In this document: positions 36,033-40,119 of the stretch, piece after piece
How the letters are laid out: each line of letters starts with the position of its first letter
How positions within the stretch are numbered: the first letter of the stretch is position 1
NCBI GenBank assembly: GCA_903936865.1
Contig: CAIZXK010000488.1
Span: forward strand, 1 to 40,119
DNA length: 40,119 nucleotides
Reading direction: 5' to 3'
Source: an uncultured Bacteroidales bacterium
Lineage (GTDB): Bacteria > Bacteroidota > Bacteroidia > Bacteroidales > JACABE01
Notes under the pieces: model-generated
Databases searched by the model: none
What the model saw: the letters and a program-made list of their open reading frames with translations, nothing else
What the model was told of the DNA's origin: nothing
Translations under genes and position numbers: made by a program

Positions 36033-37457
36033 CTATTTTACAATATTTTTGTAATGATTATATCTATCCAACACTTCAACTACAAACTGATAGGTTTCGT
36101 ATCCTCTTGAATATCCATATTTAACAACCGGATCGTTATAGTACTTGGGTCTGGATTTTAGTTTCATGTAATGATCTACATTGTCTGTCCAGGTATTTGG
36201 ATCTTTGCCATACTTTCGGGCAAGATTTCGGGCATCAATTACATGATAAACCCCTGCATTATAAGATGCCAATATAAATTTTATCCTTTCTTCAGGATTT
36301 ATGATTTCTTTTGGCAGGAAATTATCGATAGCCATTTTTAACCTTACACCTGCTTTAATCTGAGCACTTACGGGCGATTTGGATGTAACACCAAATTTAC
36401 GAGCCGTTTGCGGCATCATCTGCATAATTCCAAATGCTCCCGACCATCCGGTAAGTTCCGGATGAAATTGCGACTCCTGATAGATTAATGATGCGAGCAA
36501 CCGCCAATCCCATCCGATTAGTTTGCTGTGAAGTTTGATTTCCTTATCATACCTTGATATTTTCCCGCCTTTTATACTATAAAATTCGCTTTGAACTATT
36601 TTCACCGATCTTGGATTTCTAAAATAGGTATCGTAGATATTCTGGAATTCTTTGGTTTGTTTATATTCCCTTATCCAGTTATTTAAGGTAACCAGCAGGC
36701 TGTCTGATTCCTTTCTGACAGCCCAGGCAAGATTCTGTTGAAAGCTTACTGGTGTTTGAACATCAAGGTTTTTATAATATGATTTATTTACCTGAGCAAA
36801 ATTTTCATCGGCAATGGTATAATCTATCGTTCCATTTGCAACCAATTCCATTAGTTGTTCTGTTTCCATTGTGTCAACAACTACAATATGAATGCTGTCG
36901 CCAATTTCATTTTGGATATTTATAAGTCTGTCGTAATGAACACTGTTTTTTTGAACATGAACCGTTTTTCCGGAAAGATTAAGTATGTTTCTGATTAATA
37001 ATGTTTTTTTTATGCATGCATCCTGCAATTTATATGGATTTCTCTGCACCAGAACCTGACGTGTTTGAGTAATTGGTGAGCTGAAGTTTACCAGCGTTTT
37101 CCGGTTACGGGTTATCGTAATATTGTGAGCAATAATATCGCATTTTCCCAATGCAAGTAAACTCATATTGGAAGCCAGATCATTCGTAATAATAAATTCG
37201 AGTTTTACACCAATGTGTTTTGAAAATGCCTTGAGCAAATCAAGCTGAAAACCCATTGGCAGCCCTTTATAGATAAAATAATCAACAGAATTATAGTTGG
37301 TTGTAGCAATTATTTTTCCGCGTTTTTTAATGTTAAGTAGTAAATTATCATCCTTAACAGCAGAAACAGTATGATCTCTTTTGCACGATACCATTAGTAA
37401 AAAAAATACAAAAGCGAAGATAAGGTGTTTAATTTCAAACTTGTACTTCATAAGCAT
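36033..37457 (-). CDS. mltF: Membrane-bound lytic murein transglycosylase F-like (solute-binding-protein family 3 domain + SLT domain)
   Basis: 474 aa with an N-terminal anchor/lipobox-like ..LMVSC and a PBP3-like domain. The SLT catalytic region is LASLIYQESQFHPELTGWSGAFGIMQMMPQTA, followed by ..YNAGVYHV. Confidence 0.85.
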   Translation of the reverse strand: MLMKYKFEIKHLIFAFVFFLLMVSCKRDHTVSAVKDDNLLLNIKKRGKIIATTNYNSVDYFIYKGLPMGFQLDLLKAFSKHIGVKLEFIITNDLASNMSLLALGKCDIIAHNITITRNRKTLVNFSSPITQTRQVLVQRNPYKLQDACIKKTLLIRNILNLSGKTVHVQKNSVHYDRLINIQNEIGDSIHIVVVDTMETEQLMELVANGTIDYTIADENFAQVNKSYYKNLDVQTPVSFQQNLAWAVRKESDSLLVTLNNWIREYKQTKEFQNIYDTYFRNPRSVKIVQSEFYSIKGGKISRYDKEIKLHSKLIGWDWRLLASLIYQESQFHPELTGWSGAFGIMQMMPQTARKFGVTSKSPVSAQIKAGVRLKMAIDNFLPKEIINPEERIKFILASYNAGVYHVIDARNLARKYGKDPNTWTDNVDHYMKLKSRPKYYNDPVVKYGYSRGYETYQFVVEVLDRYNHYKNIVK

Positions 37458-37641
37458 ATAATAAGTTACGAATTTACATATTTATTTTAATATGAGGTTG
37501 TTTTTGTCAAAATCTTTTTTTATTTATCACTTCAGCTAAATGCAAGCCTTTATAAGAGGAGTTCTGTTACCGAAATGAAAGCAAATAGTCCAGTTTGCTT
37601 TGCTATTGACACTATACTTTTATAACGATTTATCCGGAAAA

Positions 37642-37677
37642 AGTCGGGGCGCGACTTTGAGTCGCACTCCGACTAAT
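37642..37677. repeat. REP-like palindromic hairpin, copy 4 (opposite orientation), 3' of the BNR-propeller T9SS gene
   Basis: AGTCGGGGCGCGACTTTGAGTCGCACTCCGACTAAT is the reverse complement of the 7292-7330 type. It lies 70 nt downstream of the 37747 stop on the minus strand. Confidence 0.7.
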
Positions 37678-37746
37678 TTACTTTACGGGACTTCTAAAAA
37701 TTGCTTTTTCTTCGTTGAACTTCAATTTTTAAAAACCCTTTATAAT

Positions 37747-39801
37747 CTATTCCTTCACAAATTTACTTACAAAACTTTCCTTTTCATTGTTCACCTTAAC
37801 CACATAAAGCCCTGCTGGAAAATCATGTATATCTATTTCGTTTGTTGATTGATTACTTATATGTTGTTTAATTAATTGCCCTGCGATATTGTAAATAGAA
37901 ATTGAAGTGTTTTGCAGCGTTTTATCCTTTTGGAATTTTATAAACAGCTTGTCTTTGGCAGGATTGGGAAATATCAGTAGATTTGATATTTCATTTATTT
38001 CATAATCATTGGATAAACCAATCTGATTGGTTAATATTGTGCCGTAATTACCAACTACATAAGCCGTATTTTTAGTATTAAAGGATATGTAATGTAAAAA
38101 GTATAAAGTCCCCGAAGACTGAGCTGTCCAGCTTGCACCCCCATTAGTGGTTTTAATAATAGTACCTGCCTCTCCTACTGCATACCCTGTATTGTTGCCG
38201 ATAAAACGAATAGAACTCAACCACTTGGTACTTCCGGTTTGTAGCGTATTCCATGTTAAACCACCATCAGTAGTTTTAAGTATTATGCCCAGTTCAGCTG
38301 TAATATAACCGGTAGTTGCACTGGTAAAAAACACAGAGGTGAATAAATTATACAAGCCTGTATTTAAGGTAGTCCAGCTTGCTCCTCCATCAATTGTTTT
38401 AACTATATTCCCAGCATAACCAACGGCATAGCAAATATTGTTGTCAACACAATAAATGGAAAAAAACGCTTTGGTAGTTCCCGTCGATTGCACGATCCAA
38501 TTGATTCCGCCATCTGTGCTTTTATATATCAGGCCACCATCGCCGGCTACATAACCATTAAGCGAGTCTGCAAATACGATGGAATGAAATGCACTGGAAG
38601 TCATATTGTCATAATGTTGCGTAATCCAGGTTAATCCACCATTCGTTGTCTTTTTAATAGTATAACTTTCACCAGCTACATAACCGGTAAGCGAATCGGT
38701 AAAGTAAACAGAATACAAACTATTAGAGGATACTGAATTTAATTTAGTCCATTCTGCACCTCCATTAGTAGTTTTTAATATTGTACTATATTCACCTACA
38801 GCATAACCGGTTGTACTATCTGCAAAAAACACAGAAGCAAGATAATCATCAGTACCTGAAGCAATATTTGTCCAGCTTGCACCCGCATCTGAAGTCCGCA
38901 TTATCCGTCCCTGATCACCCACAACAAAACCGGTTGTTCCATTTAAAAAACATACCGATGAAAGATTTAATGTTAACCATGTATTTTTATTTTGCCAGGT
39001 TAATCCACCATCCGTTGATCTTCTTATCATACCATCTTCACCGGCTGCATAAGCAGTATCTGCATTGCAGAAAAAGATGGAGTTAAAATTGGTGTAAGTG
39101 CCTGATAACTGATAATCCCATGATGTACCTCCATCAATGGTTCTTATTATAGCCCCATCGCTACCTGTTGCATAGCCTAAGTTTGAATTCAGAAACCATA
39201 CAGCCTTAAGGTGACTTTGAGAACTGGAATTTACTTCGTTCCAGGTATCACCTCCATTGGTAGTTTTAATTATTTTACCAACAGGACCTACAGCTATTCC
39301 TTGGTTAACATCGGTAAAACATACCGCATTCAATGGATAAAAAGTTCCTGTACTTTGTTTTACCCAACTGAGGCCACCATTTGAAGTCTTAATGACACAA
39401 CCATTGTTTCCGGAGGCATAGCCTGTATTGGCATTTACAAAAAAGACAGATTTCAAATCATCTATCACCCCCGATAGTTGCTGGGTCCAACTAATCCCTT
39501 TATCTATTGTTTTTAAAATAATGCCGGTATCACCTGCTATATAAAATGTGTTGGGGTCGGCAATAGATATTGAATTAAAGGTATTAAGCTTACCAGAGTA
39601 CACCAACGTCCAGTTTAATCCGGCATCAATGGTTTTTAATATGGTACCTGCATCGCCGATTGCAATACCGGTAGTGGAATCTGCAAACCTGATACAATTT
39701 AAATCATGACCTTGCGGTAATGGATTCAGCCATTGCCAATCCTGAGCATTCACCACATTTCCTAAGCATATTGCAATCAGTAGTATATAAATCTTTTTCA
39801 T
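37747..39801 (-). CDS. T9SS-secreted BNR/Asp-box repeat protein (Ycf48-like double beta-propeller) with type A sorting domain
   Basis: ORF 37747-39897; the preferred start is ATG 39801 (MKKIYILLIAICLGNVVNAQ). There are 13 Asp-box-like motifs: TIDAGLNW, TIDKGISW, TSNGGLSW, TTNGGDTW, TIDGGTSW, STDGGLTW, TSDAGASW, TTNGGAEW, TTNGGLTW, STDGGINW, TIDGGASW, TTDGGLTW and TTNGGASW. The C-terminal IFPNPAKDKL...GLYVVKVNNEKESFVSKFVKE is the sorting domain. Confidence 0.9.
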   Translation of the reverse strand: MKKIYILLIAICLGNVVNAQDWQWLNPLPQGHDLNCIRFADSTTGIAIGDAGTILKTIDAGLNWTLVYSGKLNTFNSISIADPNTFYIAGDTGIILKTIDKGISWTQQLSGVIDDLKSVFFVNANTGYASGNNGCVIKTSNGGLSWVKQSTGTFYPLNAVCFTDVNQGIAVGPVGKIIKTTNGGDTWNEVNSSSQSHLKAVWFLNSNLGYATGSDGAIIRTIDGGTSWDYQLSGTYTNFNSIFFCNADTAYAAGEDGMIRRSTDGGLTWQNKNTWLTLNLSSVCFLNGTTGFVVGDQGRIMRTSDAGASWTNIASGTDDYLASVFFADSTTGYAVGEYSTILKTTNGGAEWTKLNSVSSNSLYSVYFTDSLTGYVAGESYTIKKTTNGGLTWITQHYDNMTSSAFHSIVFADSLNGYVAGDGGLIYKSTDGGINWIVQSTGTTKAFFSIYCVDNNICYAVGYAGNIVKTIDGGASWTTLNTGLYNLFTSVFFTSATTGYITAELGIILKTTDGGLTWNTLQTGSTKWLSSIRFIGNNTGYAVGEAGTIIKTTNGGASWTAQSSGTLYFLHYISFNTKNTAYVVGNYGTILTNQIGLSNDYEINEISNLLIFPNPAKDKLFIKFQKDKTLQNTSISIYNIAGQLIKQHISNQSTNEIDIHDFPAGLYVVKVNNEKESFVSKFVKE

Positions 39802-39829
39802 ATTATTGGTGTTTATTAATTTATTTTTA

Positions 39830-39869
39830 TTTAACCCTTCAAGTGGTTGTTTAACCCTTGAAGCGGTTG
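39830..39869. repeat. Two tandem 20-bp units (TTTAACCCTTCAAGTGGTTG type) just upstream of the BNR-propeller gene start
   Basis: 39830-39849 is tttaacccttcaagtggttg and 39850-39869 is tttaacccttgaagcggttg. Confidence 0.7.
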
Positions 39870-39947
39870 TTGTTAAAATCATCATCCTATGTGTCAATTT
39901 TGTTTTGTTATGAATATTTCATATAATAAATCTTTTTATAGTTGTTA

Positions 39948-40007
39948 TTATCCCCTTGTAGTGGTTGTTTAACCCTTCAAGTGGTTATTTAACCCTGACA
40001 GGGTTTT
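39948..40007. repeat. Three further tandem 20-bp units of the same family
   Basis: ttatccccttgtagtggttg / tttaacccttcaagtggtta / tttaaccctgacagggtttt. The last unit contains the perfect palindrome AACCCTGACAGGGTT. Confidence 0.65.
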
Positions 40008-40013
40008 CCCTAC

Positions 40014-40033
40014 GAAGTCGAACTCCGACTAAT
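40014..40033. repeat. Half REP element (one arm only) 3' of the third T9SS gene
   Basis: GAAGTCGAACTCCGACTAAT corresponds to one arm of the REP hairpin. The partner arm is replaced by the 20-bp repeat cluster. Confidence 0.5.
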
Positions 40034-40043
40034 TTGCTGTATT

Positions 40044-40119
40044 CTATTCCTTCACAAATTTACTTATAAAACTCTCTTTCTCATTTTTTACTTTACTAAT
40101 ATAAATTCCTTTGCTTAAC
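40044..40119 (-). CDS. 3' end of a third T9SS cargo gene (partial; continues beyond window)
   Basis: Minus-strand translation ...LSKGIYISKVKNEKESFISKFVKE* (stop 40044-40046) matches the last residues of the other two sorting domains. Confidence 0.7.
   Translation of the reverse strand, partial: LSKGIYISKVKNEKESFISKFVKE

Noticed and set aside
37600-37848. 82-aa ORF on the plus strand
   Set aside because: It spans the REP hairpin and runs antisense to the conserved T9SS sorting-domain codons of the 37747-39801 gene, so it is a shadow ORF.
1-40119. Search by eye for rRNA, tRNA, tmRNA, RNase P RNA, transposase, integrase or phage genes
   Set aside because: None was recognised. All intergenic regions over 150 bp are either AT-rich promoter regions or the repeat families described. 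A covariance-model scan (tRNAscan-SE, Infernal/Rfam) would be needed to exclude small RNAs.

Overview
AT-rich Bacteroidota-type chromosomal segment, judged from T9SS C-terminal sorting domains, TAnnTTTG-type -7 boxes, a CarboxypepD_reg-type TonB-dependent receptor and DUF4271-hemD synteny. All calls rest on motif recognition from the supplied translations and by-eye nucleotide comparison; no database search was possible. The centre (9.3-37.5 kb) is mostly housekeeping or envelope genes: a HlyD/FtsX exporter pair, sucAB, a TonB-dependent receptor with a lipoprotein partner, an OMP, DUF4271-hemD, rnpA-yidD, an S41 peptidase, an O-antigen-ligase-like protein, an M16 peptidase, DUF4468 plus an adenosine-deaminase-like protein, a transglutaminase-domain protein, and mltF. 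Both ends are accessory. They carry three T9SS cargo genes: a 1871-aa multi-repeat protein, a BNR/Asp-box double-propeller protein, and a third seen only as a C-terminal fragment at the window edge. The two complete cargo proteins share almost the same signal peptide, and all three share the sorting-domain end. The most unusual content is non-coding repeat structure. (i) A DUF4160/DUF2442 two-gene cassette is bracketed by ~220-bp direct repeats. (ii) Next to it lies a 21-bp tandem (iteron-like) array of about 12-14 units, with one solitary unit upstream of the giant cargo gene. (iii) A GC-rich palindromic REP-like hairpin family sits at the 3' ends of the T9SS genes and shows a compensatory stem change. 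(iv) Two MITE-like or structured repeat families are present, A in 3-4 copies and C in 2 tandem copies. (v) Several perfect palindromes and 20-bp repeats lie in promoter regions. No rRNA, tRNA, CRISPR array, transposase or integrase was recognised. No complete, clearly novel multi-gene system can be demonstrated from sequence alone; the 7.3-9.1 kb islet is the best candidate.
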